Source: Candidatus Acidiferrum sp.
GTDB lineage: Bacteria; Acidobacteriota; Terriglobia; Acidiferrales; UBA7541
DNA: 64,000 bases
Direction: 5' to 3'
NCBI GenBank assembly: GCA_036493835.1
Contig: DASXPD010000129.1
Span: 7,466 to 71,465, forward strand
Made by a program: the position numbers and the translations under genes. This document shows positions 29,158 to 37,893 of the stretch, one piece after another; the stretch's first letter is position 1; each line of letters starts with the position of its first letter. The notes beneath the pieces were generated by a model. That model was not told the DNA's origin, searched no databases, and saw nothing but the letters and a program-made list of their open reading frames with translations.

Positions 29158-29988
29158 ATGTTAGACACGACGGGGAAATCTGCCCCACAGTTTGGAACTG
29201 TGGAATACGCCGGTGGCGCGGGCGCCGAACGCTGCAAGACGTGCGGACAGTCGCTCGGCTCGCAATACTATCGCGTCAATGGCGCGGTCACTTGTAATTA
29301 CTGCGGCGAACAAGCGCTCTTACGCAAACCACTCGACTCGCACCAGATTTTCGTGCGCGGCCTTCTCTTCGGCGTTGGCGGCGCCATCATCGGCCTCATC
29401 ATCTACGCAGGATTTGGAATCATTACCGGCCTGATGCTGGGCTACATCTCGCTGGCAGTCGGCTACATCGTCGGCAAAGCGATCATGAAGGGCACCGACG
29501 GAATTGGCGGACGCCGTTATCAGATCGCAGCTGTACTTCTTACCTACGCCGCCGTGTCGTTGTCGGCGATTCCCATTGGCATTTCGCAAGTCATCAAGCA
29601 TCAGCAAGAACGGCACCGCAACATCGCCGCTCATGCGACTTCGCCCGCAACGCGGGCCGCACCGCCGATACCAGACGGCTCTGCCACCGATCATTCAGCC
29701 GACACAACGACGACAGTGACTCCGGATGATCCGCAAGACGAACCGCAGACTGAGACGCGCGCGCCAGGGAAGGCGCCAATGAACCTGGGCGCCGTGATCG
29801 GCTCATTGCTCTTCGCGGGGCTCGCATCTCCATTTCTCGAGTTGCAAGATCCGATCCACGGAGCGATCGGTTTGATCATTCTCTTCGTTGGACTTCGTAT
29901 CGCCTGGCAACTTACGGCCGCAAAGGAGCTCGACATTCTGGGTCCTTTTAGCAAATCATCGTCCGCCAACAACGACGCGAAATCCTGA
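29158..29988 (+). CDS. Membrane protein with N-terminal CxxC...CxxC motif
   Basis: CKTC...CNYC then several TM segments and a Pro/Thr-rich loop. Confidence 0.7.
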   Translation: MLDTTGKSAPQFGTVEYAGGAGAERCKTCGQSLGSQYYRVNGAVTCNYCGEQALLRKPLDSHQIFVRGLLFGVGGAIIGLIIYAGFGIITGLMLGYISLAVGYIVGKAIMKGTDGIGGRRYQIAAVLLTYAAVSLSAIPIGISQVIKHQQERHRNIAAHATSPATRAAPPIPDGSATDHSADTTTTVTPDDPQDEPQTETRAPGKAPMNLGAVIGSLLFAGLASPFLELQDPIHGAIGLIILFVGLRIAWQLTAAKELDILGPFSKSSSANNDAKS

Positions 29989-29997
29989 GCCCAGCGC

Positions 29998-30993
29998 GTG
30001 TCCACTCTCTCCACCGCAGTCCTTCGTTCCTGCAAGAATTGCTCACGCGAAGTCGCGGCCGATGCGCTGGTCTGCAAACAGTGCCACACGCTGGTGCATG
30101 CCACGGAGCTTGAGCAAATCTCCGCCGGCGCGCAAATGTTCGAGGAACACGGAGAGCCGCGAAAGGCGCTCGAAGCCTGGCAGCGCGCACTTCCGCTGAT
30201 TCCAGAAGACGCCGAGCAGAAAAAGTGGGTCCGCGACAAAATCCGAAACCTTGAAGCGGCCTCGTCGGTGGCGGGCGAAAAACAGAACGCCTGGGCGAAA
30301 AAATTGGGCCCCCTCGCGCCGATCGCTGTCCTGCTGGCCAAGGGCAAATTCCTCCTCACGCTGTTCAAGCTGAAATCGCTGCTGAGCCTCGCGACCTTCG
30401 TGGCATTTTACTGGGCGATCTACGGGATGAAGTTCGGCATCGGGTTCGCCATTCTCATCCTCGTTCACGAGATGGGGCATTACATCGACATCAAGCGCCG
30501 CGGGCTGCCCGCGGAAATGCCGATGTTCTTGCCGGGCTTCGGCGCGTACGTGAAATGGTCCGCCATGGGCGTTTCGAAGGCGACCCAGGCGGCTGTAAGC
30601 CTTGCCGGCCCGTTGGCCGGGCTGATCGGTGCCGCCGTCTGCGGCCTGATCTGGTGGCAGACAGGAAGCGGCTTGTGGGCGGCCTTGGCCAGTTCGTCGG
30701 CGATTCTAAACGTGCTCAACCTGACGCCAGTTTGGGTACTGGACGGCGGCAAAGCGATTGAGGCGCTCGACAAAACCGAGCGAATCGTGATTTTGGCAGC
30801 CGCCGTGGTGCTCTGCTTCTTCCTGGAAGAGAAGATCTTCCTGGCCGTCGCCGCAGGCGCGACGTACCGCCTGTTCACCAAGGATCTGCCTCCGCAACCC
30901 AGCCGGCCAACCCTGGTGTATTTTCTAGCCGTGATGGTGGGCCTAGGACTCGTCCTGTATCTCATGCCTGGGCAAGTTATCGGACCACGTTGA
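29998..30993 (+). CDS. Site-2 protease (M50) with N-terminal zinc ribbon and TPR-like helices
   Basis: CKNC...CKQC; HEMGH; SLAGP; NLTPVWVLDGG. Confidence 0.88.
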   Translation: MSTLSTAVLRSCKNCSREVAADALVCKQCHTLVHATELEQISAGAQMFEEHGEPRKALEAWQRALPLIPEDAEQKKWVRDKIRNLEAASSVAGEKQNAWAKKLGPLAPIAVLLAKGKFLLTLFKLKSLLSLATFVAFYWAIYGMKFGIGFAILILVHEMGHYIDIKRRGLPAEMPMFLPGFGAYVKWSAMGVSKATQAAVSLAGPLAGLIGAAVCGLIWWQTGSGLWAALASSSAILNVLNLTPVWVLDGGKAIEALDKTERIVILAAAVVLCFFLEEKIFLAVAAGATYRLFTKDLPPQPSRPTLVYFLAVMVGLGLVLYLMPGQVIGPR

Positions 30994-31252
30994 AACAATC
31001 GGCCAGCCTTTACGTCCCAATATTTAATGATGGCGTTTGCCGAGGACCCTGCGGCGCAGATTTTGCGCTACCCGGGCCGCCGGCGGGCATCTAACCCTTG
31101 CTGTTGCAAGGTGCCTACGTGCTATACTTTGAAGCCCGTCGCTGTATCTTTTTCAGCTGTTGCGGGTGCGCAGGTCTCTCGCAGCGCATGTAGTCGATTC
31201 AGGGCAGTGCCCGGCGAGGCGGGTATCTGGCGCCTTAAATTTGTTAGGGGGA

Positions 31253-31840
31253 ATTATCGCAGAACGTAACTTCCGGCAGCAGAGCGACCGCACTCGCGTC
31301 AACGAACGAATCCGGGCTCGTGAAGTTCGAGTAATCGATGAAGAAGGCGGCCAGCTGGGCGTCATGCAACCGTACGAAGCGGTGCGAATGGCGCGCGAAA
31401 AGGGACTCGATCTGGTGGAAATTTCACCGACGGCCGATCCTCCGGTTTGCAAAATCACGGATTACGGCAAGTTTCTTTATCAGCAAAACAAGAAAGCGCA
31501 CGAGCAGCGCAAAAGCAGCCGCGGCTCGCAGTTGAAAGAAGTCAAGTTTCGGCCGGCAACCGCTGAACACGACTACAACGTGCGCAAGAATCAGATCATC
31601 CGTTTTCTAGGTGAAGGTCACAAAGTGCGCGCGATGATTTTCCATCGCGGACGCGAAATGGCGCACCAGGAAGTAGGCCGCGCGAAGATGACGCGGCTGT
31701 TGGGAGAAATCACCGAGTTCTGCCAGATCGAAACGATGCCGCGCATGGAAGGCAACGTGTTGGTCGCATTGCTCGCGCCGAAGAAGGGCGTGCCAGTGGC
31801 CGCCAAACCTGCGTCGCAGACAGCGCAGCAAGCTTCGTAA
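31253..31840 (+). CDS. infC: Translation initiation factor IF-3 (non-AUG start, ATT 31253 or ATC 31256)
   Basis: NERIRAREVRVI, LDLVEISP, VCKITDYGKF, KEVKFRP; AGGGGGA SD directly before ATT ATC. Confidence 0.96.
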   Translation: MIAERNFRQQSDRTRVNERIRAREVRVIDEEGGQLGVMQPYEAVRMAREKGLDLVEISPTADPPVCKITDYGKFLYQQNKKAHEQRKSSRGSQLKEVKFRPATAEHDYNVRKNQIIRFLGEGHKVRAMIFHRGREMAHQEVGRAKMTRLLGEITEFCQIETMPRMEGNVLVALLAPKKGVPVAAKPASQTAQQAS

Positions 31841-31916
31841 GGCAAACCGAAATCGTTCGAATTTTGGGGATTCAGAATCAATGCGCGGCGTGGCCGTGTG
31901 ACGAGGGGATTTAGAA

Positions 31917-32138
31917 ATGCCGAGAAACAGATCGAAACCAAAACTGAAGTTGAAAACTCACCGCGGCGCCGCAAAGCGATTTAAGGTGACGGCCAGCGGC
32001 AAAATCATTCGCTCGCACGCGGGCAAGCGCCACATCCTGGGCACGAAAGCTCCAGGCCGCATGCGCAAGCTGAAGAAGCTGACGCTGGTCAGCAAGGCGG
32101 ACATGCTGAAGACGAAGCAGATGTTGCCGTACGCCTGA
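31917..32138 (+). CDS. rpmI: 50S ribosomal protein L35
   Basis: KLKTHRGAAKRFKVTASGK, KRHIL, MLPY. Confidence 0.97.
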   Translation: MPRNRSKPKLKLKTHRGAAKRFKVTASGKIIRSHAGKRHILGTKAPGRMRKLKKLTLVSKADMLKTKQMLPYA

Positions 32139-32248
32139 GCGATTCTTCGCGATCATCGGCGAGCGATTTTGCTTTGAAAAGTTTTTAGTTTCGCTTTCGA
32201 GCACCACCCTAACGCGGTTAGATTGAGAGCGAAGCTGAAATGCAAGAC

Positions 32249-32506
32249 GCAGAGCGCAAGCTCTGCCGCGGGGCTTCGGCCTCGCAACGCGGGATGAAAG
32301 TCCCGCACATCGAGCCAGGCAGTGCTACACGGGTGCCTGCCGGCCGATTCTGCTGCAGCGATCGATTCGTTTTCGCTCTGCGAAAGAGAACGATCTAGCC
32401 GCGGCGGTGCAATACCCCCGGAGACAAACCCGTTGCGTTACGCGTGTATCCTCTTTTTCGTGAGGTGCGCGCCCGCATCGTGTTGTCTCCCTAAACAGAA
32501 AAGGAG
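32249..32506 (+). ncRNA. Candidate structured cis-regulatory RNA in the rpmI-rplT spacer
   Basis: Consecutive GCAA, UUCG and GAAA tetraloop hairpins; 8-bp pairing 32420-32427 with 32483-32490 that competes with the rplT SD. Confidence 0.55.
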
Positions 32507-32512
32507 AAACCC

Positions 32513-32899
32513 ATGGCTCGCGTAAAACGCGGCACAAAGCGCCGTGCACGGCGCAAGAAGTACCTCAAGAGGACCAAAGGCTTTTTCCTCACAAAGAGCA
32601 AGCTGTACCAATCCGCACAGGAAGCGGCGAATCGAGCGGACCGTTATGCGTTTCGCGATCGTCGCGTCAAGAAACGGCAATATCGCCGGTTGTGGATTCA
32701 GCGTATCGGCGCGGCTGCCCGTCTGAACGGCATCACGTACGGTCACCTGATTCACGGATTGAAAGTGGCTGGCGTGGAACTCGACCGCAAAGTGTTGGCT
32801 GACATCGCGGTGAAGGAGCCGGCGACGTTCACGAGCCTGGTGGCGACGGCGAAGGCTGCTGTTCCGGCTCCGAAAAAAGCGGTTCGCGCGAAAGAGTAG
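32513..32899 (+). CDS. rplT: 50S ribosomal protein L20
   Basis: [38 protein letters not shown]. Confidence 0.98.
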   Translation: MARVKRGTKRRARRKKYLKRTKGFFLTKSKLYQSAQEAANRADRYAFRDRRVKKRQYRRLWIQRIGAAARLNGITYGHLIHGLKVAGVELDRKVLADIAVKEPATFTSLVATAKAAVPAPKKAVRAKE

Positions 32900-32982
32900 T
32901 TCTTCGGCTGCGGCGCCTCGCGTCTTGACGGCGCTTGCGGCTGTTCTGGTTGCTGCCGTTCTGGTTGAATGAGACGGAAGAC

Positions 32983-33006
32983 GGGCACGGCGTGCCGTGC
33001 CCCTAC
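32983..33006. repeat. GTAG-type REP palindrome
   Basis: GGGCACGGC-gt-GCCGTGCCC-CTAC; relatives at 1359, 8455, 19768, 25296. Confidence 0.7.
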
Positions 33007-33018
33007 CGGATTTCGATC

Positions 33019-34152
33019 ATGACTTCTTCGGACAATAAAGCTGCGCAAACGCTGGCCGCGCTCGGCGCGACCGAGCCTGCGCGTGTTTCCGCGCTGTTCG
33101 CCGAAATTCTGGCGCGGTTCGACGGTGAAGTGTCCGCGGTACACGACGAAGCGGCGTGGAAGCAATTCCGCGATGCGTGGCTCGGCCGCAAGTCTGGCGT
33201 CCTCACGCTCGTCACCGATAACTGGCTGAAACCGGCGACGCCGGAACTGAAACGCGTTGTCGGCGCCGAACTGAACAAGCTGCGCGGACACGTCGAAGCG
33301 CAGATCGAAACGCGCCGCGTGGCGATCGAAGCAGGCGCGGATGAAGCATCGCTGGCGCGCGAACGCGTCGACCTGTCTCTCCCCGGCGTGACGCGGCCGG
33401 TCGGCTCCCACCATCTGATTCGCCAGGTTTTCCAGGAAATTGAAGATATTTTCGTGTCGATCGGATTCTCCGTCGTCGAAGGTCCGGAAATCGAGACGCC
33501 TTACTACAATTTTGAGGCGCTCAACATTCCGGAGTTCCATCCCGTCCGCGACGACATGGACACCTTCTATCTAGAAGTTCCGAAGGGCGCGCCATCGCCG
33601 CTGCTGCTGCGCACGCACACTTCGCCGATGCAGATTCGCACGATGGAAAAGCGCCAGCCGCCGATCCGCGTGATCGTTCCCGGCAAGGTGTATCGCCGCG
33701 ACAATCCCGACGCCACGCATTCCTTCGCGTTTCATCAGGTCGAAGGGCTCGCCGTCGACACCGACATCACGTTCTGCGATTTCACCGGCACGATCGAATA
33801 TTTCGTGAAGCAATTTTTCGGTCCCGGCGTGAAGACGCGCTTCCGGCCGAGTTATTTTCCGTTCACCGAGCCTTCGGTGGAGTTCGACGTGACGTGTGTG
33901 TTCTGCGGCGGCAGCGGCGTTTCAGCGGGCGGCGGAACGTGCTCGAAGTGCAAGGGCGCGGGCTGGATTGAGCTTTTCGGCGCGGGCATGGTCGATCCGG
34001 CGGTGTACGGATTCGTCGGATACGACGCGAAAAAAGTGAGTGGCTTCGCGTTCGGTATCGGCATCGACCGGCTGGCGATGCTCAAATACGGCATCGACGA
34101 CATTCAGGTTTTCTTTCAGAGTGACGTGAGATTTTTACGGCAATTTCCGTGA
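33019..34152 (+). CDS. pheS: Phenylalanine--tRNA ligase alpha subunit
   Basis: YNFEALNIP, LLRTHTSP, FHQVEG, FRPSYFPFTEPS, GFAFGIGIDRL. Confidence 0.98.
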   Translation: MTSSDNKAAQTLAALGATEPARVSALFAEILARFDGEVSAVHDEAAWKQFRDAWLGRKSGVLTLVTDNWLKPATPELKRVVGAELNKLRGHVEAQIETRRVAIEAGADEASLARERVDLSLPGVTRPVGSHHLIRQVFQEIEDIFVSIGFSVVEGPEIETPYYNFEALNIPEFHPVRDDMDTFYLEVPKGAPSPLLLRTHTSPMQIRTMEKRQPPIRVIVPGKVYRRDNPDATHSFAFHQVEGLAVDTDITFCDFTGTIEYFVKQFFGPGVKTRFRPSYFPFTEPSVEFDVTCVFCGGSGVSAGGGTCSKCKGAGWIELFGAGMVDPAVYGFVGYDAKKVSGFAFGIGIDRLAMLKYGIDDIQVFFQSDVRFLRQFP

Positions 34153-34940
34153 CGTTTACGGACTCCAAGCAACGATTCTCGTCGCGCGTAGCCGACTATG
34201 TGCGTTACCGGCCCGGATATCCGCATGACGCTCTGACGCTGCTGAAAAATGATTGCGGGCTGCGCTCGGGGCATGTGATCGCCGACGTCGGCTCGGGCAC
34301 CGGATTTTTGAGTGAGTTGTTTTTGAAAAACGGCAATCGCGTTTACGGCGTCGAGCCGAACAAGGAAATGCGCGACGCCGGCGAAGAATATCTCGCGGCG
34401 TACGATTCGTTTGGCAGCATCGACGCCTCGGCCGAAGCGACGACGCTGGAAGATGCGACCATCGATTTCGTCACGGTGGGGCAGGCGTTTCACTGGTTTG
34501 ATCCGGCGGCAGCACGGCGCGAATTTGTGAGAATTCTGAAGCCGGAAGGCTGGGTCGTGGTGATGTGGAACGACCGCGAGATGAATTCGGCGTTCGCGAC
34601 GGCGTATGAAGATGTGCTGGTGAGGTTTGGGAACGATTACAAGCTCGTGCGCGAGTCGTATCCGGAAATGGCAGCAATGCAGGAATTTTTCGCCGGCGGA
34701 TCGGTGGAGCAGCGCAGCGTGCCAAACGCGCAGATTTTGGATTGGGACGGGCTTGTCGGGCGATTGCGCAGCAGTTCGTATGCGCCGCTGGAAGGGCAGC
34801 CGAATTACGCGCCGATGATGGCGGCACTCGACGAATTGTTTCGCGCGAACCAGGTCGACGGGCGCGTGAAGATGGAATACGCGACGCACGTGTATTACGG
34901 GCGATTGCCGAAGCAGAATGAATTGATGCAGCGACAGTGA
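34149..34940 (+). CDS. Class I SAM-dependent methyltransferase
   Basis: YVRYRPGYP, IADVGSGTG, VEPN, GQAFHWF; GTG start overlaps pheS stop. Confidence 0.9.
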   Translation: MTFTDSKQRFSSRVADYVRYRPGYPHDALTLLKNDCGLRSGHVIADVGSGTGFLSELFLKNGNRVYGVEPNKEMRDAGEEYLAAYDSFGSIDASAEATTLEDATIDFVTVGQAFHWFDPAAARREFVRILKPEGWVVVMWNDREMNSAFATAYEDVLVRFGNDYKLVRESYPEMAAMQEFFAGGSVEQRSVPNAQILDWDGLVGRLRSSSYAPLEGQPNYAPMMAALDELFRANQVDGRVKMEYATHVYYGRLPKQNELMQRQ

Positions 34941-34951
34941 GCAGATAGCGA

Positions 34952-37051
34952 ATGAAGGTTGTTTACAACTGGCTGAAGGACTTTGTAGACGTGACGGCGA
35001 CACCGGACGATCTCGCGTCGCGGCTCGCGCTTTCGGGCACGAATATCGGCGGCGTGGAAAAAGGCGCGCATGGCGCGGTGATCGACGCGGAAGTTTCGTC
35101 GAACCGGCCGGATAGTTTGTCGCATTACGGAATCGCGCGCGAAATTGGCGCGGTGTATAAGCTGCCGCTGAAGGCGGTGCCGCAGCCGAAGCTTGCGGAA
35201 TCGGCGGCGGGAAAAGTCGGCGACGCGGTGCGCGTCGAGATTCAATCGCCGGAATTATGCGGGCGGTTTACGGCGCGCGTGATTCGCGGCGTGAAGATTG
35301 CTCCTTCGCCGGCGTGGTTGCGCGAGCGGCTCGAAGCCAGCGGTGTGGCGAGCATCAGCAACGTGGTTGACGCGACGAACTACGTGATGCTTGAGCTGGG
35401 GCAGCCGACGCACGCATACGACTACGACAAGATTCGCGATCACCGGATTGTTGTGCGCACGTCGCGCGCCGGCGAAAAGACGCGCACACTCGACGGCATC
35501 GAGCGAACGATTGACGCGGGAATTTGCATGATTGCGGACGGCGATGGCGCGCGCGCTGTCGGCATCGGCGGAATCATGGGTGGCGCCGACACGGAGATTT
35601 CATTCTCGACGAAGAACATTTTGATTGAGGCGGCGTGGTTCGAGCCGATTGCGGTGCGGCGCGGCGCACGTACTCTGCGGCTGCACACCGAGGCTTCGAC
35701 GCGATTCGGGCGCGGCGGGGATCCAGAGATTGCCGAGATTGCTTCACGGCGCGTGGCGGAATTGGTTTTGCAGCTGGCAGGCGGGGAATTGCTCGCGGGC
35801 GTCATCGATGTGTATCCGCGTAAGCGGGCGCCGAAGAAAATTCGCGTGACGCGCGCGGAGATTTTGCGTGTGATGGGCGCCGACGTGCCCGATAAAGAAG
35901 TCGAATCGGCGCTGAGCGCGCTGGGATTTGCGCCGGTGCGTGTCGATCAGAATCGCGGCGCGGAAGGCTCGCTGCTCGCGACGTGGGAATGCACGCAGCC
36001 GTCGTGGCGCGCGGAAGTGGAGCGCGAGATTGATTTGATCGAAGAGATCGCGCGGATTTATGGGATGGACAAATTCACGCCACGATTTCCGGTGGCGCGG
36101 CAAGGTGCGGCGCGATTGCAGCATTACGATTCGCAGACGCGCGTGCGCGAGCGGCTCGTCGGGCTGGGCTATCAGGAGATTTTGACGATTCCGCACGTCG
36201 ATGAGGCGCGCGATGCGTTGTTTCGCGCGAGCGATGCGCAGCCGGCGCGCATGGCGAATCCGCTGTCGGAAGAAGCGGGCGTGCTGCGCTCGACCGGGCT
36301 CGTGACGATGGCGGCGGCGCTGGAATGGAATTTGAATCATGGGCAGCGCAATGTGCGGCTGTTTGAAATTGGGCGGCAGTATCGATTGAACGGAGCTTCG
36401 CCAGTCGAGACGCGAGTGCTGACGATCGGCGCGACAGGCGATGCGAGAGAGAAAAATTTGTACGATGGTGCGCGGGCGTATTCGTTCGCGGATCTGAAGG
36501 GCGATCTCGATGCGGTCGGCGAGTTGTCCGGCGGATTCACGTGGAGCGCGCATTCGGCATCGGCGAATGATTGGGCGCACGCGGCTCGCAACGGGGGAGT
36601 TTCGCTTGGCGGGGAAAAAATCGGCACGGCGGCGCAGCTGGCGCGGCGCGTTGCCGATCGTTTGAAGCTGCGGCAGGACGTGTTCCTCGCGGAAATTGTG
36701 ATCGATCCCGTATACGTGGCGATCGAGGAACTGAAAGATTCGCGGCGTTACGAGCCGTTGCCTCGGTTTCCAGCCGTCGAGCGCGATTTTTCGCTGCTGC
36801 TGAGCGATGGAACGAGTTTCGACGCGGTAAAAAAGGCGATCGAGTCGCTGAAGATTGCGGAAGTTGTGACCGTCGAGGCCGGCGATTTGTATCGCGGCAA
36901 AAATGTTCCAGCTGGAAAATATTCGCTGATGGTGCGCGTCGTGTTTCAGAGCCGGGAGGCGACGCTGACCGATGCGCAGACAACCGACTTTTCGTCGCGC
37001 ATCGTTGCCGCGCTGCAAAAGCAAGTCGGCGCCCAACTGCGCGCGAGCTAA
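34952..37051 (+). CDS. pheT: Phenylalanine--tRNA ligase beta subunit (short form)
   Basis: NRPDSLSHYGIARE, NVVDATNYVMLELGQPTHAYD, PSWR, DLIEEIARIYG, ferredoxin-fold C-terminus. Confidence 0.97.
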   Translation: MKVVYNWLKDFVDVTATPDDLASRLALSGTNIGGVEKGAHGAVIDAEVSSNRPDSLSHYGIAREIGAVYKLPLKAVPQPKLAESAAGKVGDAVRVEIQSPELCGRFTARVIRGVKIAPSPAWLRERLEASGVASISNVVDATNYVMLELGQPTHAYDYDKIRDHRIVVRTSRAGEKTRTLDGIERTIDAGICMIADGDGARAVGIGGIMGGADTEISFSTKNILIEAAWFEPIAVRRGARTLRLHTEASTRFGRGGDPEIAEIASRRVAELVLQLAGGELLAGVIDVYPRKRAPKKIRVTRAEILRVMGADVPDKEVESALSALGFAPVRVDQNRGAEGSLLATWECTQPSWRAEVEREIDLIEEIARIYGMDKFTPRFPVARQGAARLQHYDSQTRVRERLVGLGYQEILTIPHVDEARDALFRASDAQPARMANPLSEEAGVLRSTGLVTMAAALEWNLNHGQRNVRLFEIGRQYRLNGASPVETRVLTIGATGDAREKNLYDGARAYSFADLKGDLDAVGELSGGFTWSAHSASANDWAHAARNGGVSLGGEKIGTAAQLARRVADRLKLRQDVFLAEIVIDPVYVAIEELKDSRRYEPLPRFPAVERDFSLLLSDGTSFDAVKKAIESLKIAEVVTVEAGDLYRGKNVPAGKYSLMVRVVFQSREATLTDAQTTDFSSRIVAALQKQVGAQLRAS

Positions 37052-37121
37052 CAGGCAGCACTACCAATCCCACCGCGCTGCGCTACAATGCCCGAGGCGG
37101 CTTGCCGCAGCGGAGATTTCG

Positions 37122-37412
37122 ATGAGCGGACCGGTCAAAGTACAAATTTTCGGGCAGACCTACACGATCCACGGCGATCTGGATCCTACTTACGTCCAGA
37201 AGCTCGCCACCTTCGTCGACGAAAAGATGCGCGCCATCTCCGACGCGACCGCGACCGTCGATACCCACAAGATCGCAGTGCTCGCCGCGCTTTCGGTTGC
37301 CGACGAGTTGCACAGCGCGCAGCGCGACCTCGGCGAAAACAACGAGCTAATTCGCGAACAGGCCGAGCGCTGCCTGATGCTTGTCGAACGCGCGCTCAAA
37401 CAAACCGCTTAG
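37122..37412 (+). CDS. zapA: Cell division protein ZapA
   Basis: VKVQIFGQTYTI, VDEKMR, KIAVLAALSVADEL; GGAG SD. Confidence 0.92.
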   Translation: MSGPVKVQIFGQTYTIHGDLDPTYVQKLATFVDEKMRAISDATATVDTHKIAVLAALSVADELHSAQRDLGENNELIREQAERCLMLVERALKQTA

Positions 37413-37887
37413 CTCCCACCGCAGGACGATTCGCCGCGGCCTCAGAATTTCGCCACATCTCCGCCAACCCAGGAAATTTCTTTTTGACCGCAGCGATGAT
37501 TTCGTTCGCCTGCGCGGCGTCGACATGAGGAAGTACGACGGGCTCGCCTGTAGCCGTCACCGCGTAAAGCCCCTGACCGCCCGATTCGTGCTCCTGAAAC
37601 TCCAACCGATAAATTTTTGCAGTCGGCAGCGATGAACTACCGATTTGAAATTCAAGACCTGTGACCGTCACCCGCGCCGTCATTTGACGAAACAGTGCGA
37701 AGACGCAGACTCCGCCAGCAATCGCCAAACCGGAGCGCATCGGACTCGGCAGATGCGTGCCGATGACGAACCAAACGAGCCATCCGGCAAATCCGCCGCA
37801 CGCGACGCGTAGAAATAGCGAGATCTCGTTGCGAACGCGAATTTCAAGAGCGTCGCCCGACTCTTGAATCGTGTAGTGAACGGCCAC
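37396..37887 (-). CDS. Hypothetical two-TM membrane protein
   Basis: Two hydrophobic segments and a soluble C-terminus; starts 7 bp after the AKR stop. Confidence 0.6.
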   Translation of the reverse strand: MAVHYTIQESGDALEIRVRNEISLFLRVACGGFAGWLVWFVIGTHLPSPMRSGLAIAGGVCVFALFRQMTARVTVTGLEFQIGSSSLPTAKIYRLEFQEHESGGQGLYAVTATGEPVVLPHVDAAQANEIIAAVKKKFPGLAEMWRNSEAAANRPAVGAKRFV

Positions 37888-37893
37888 TTCGCG

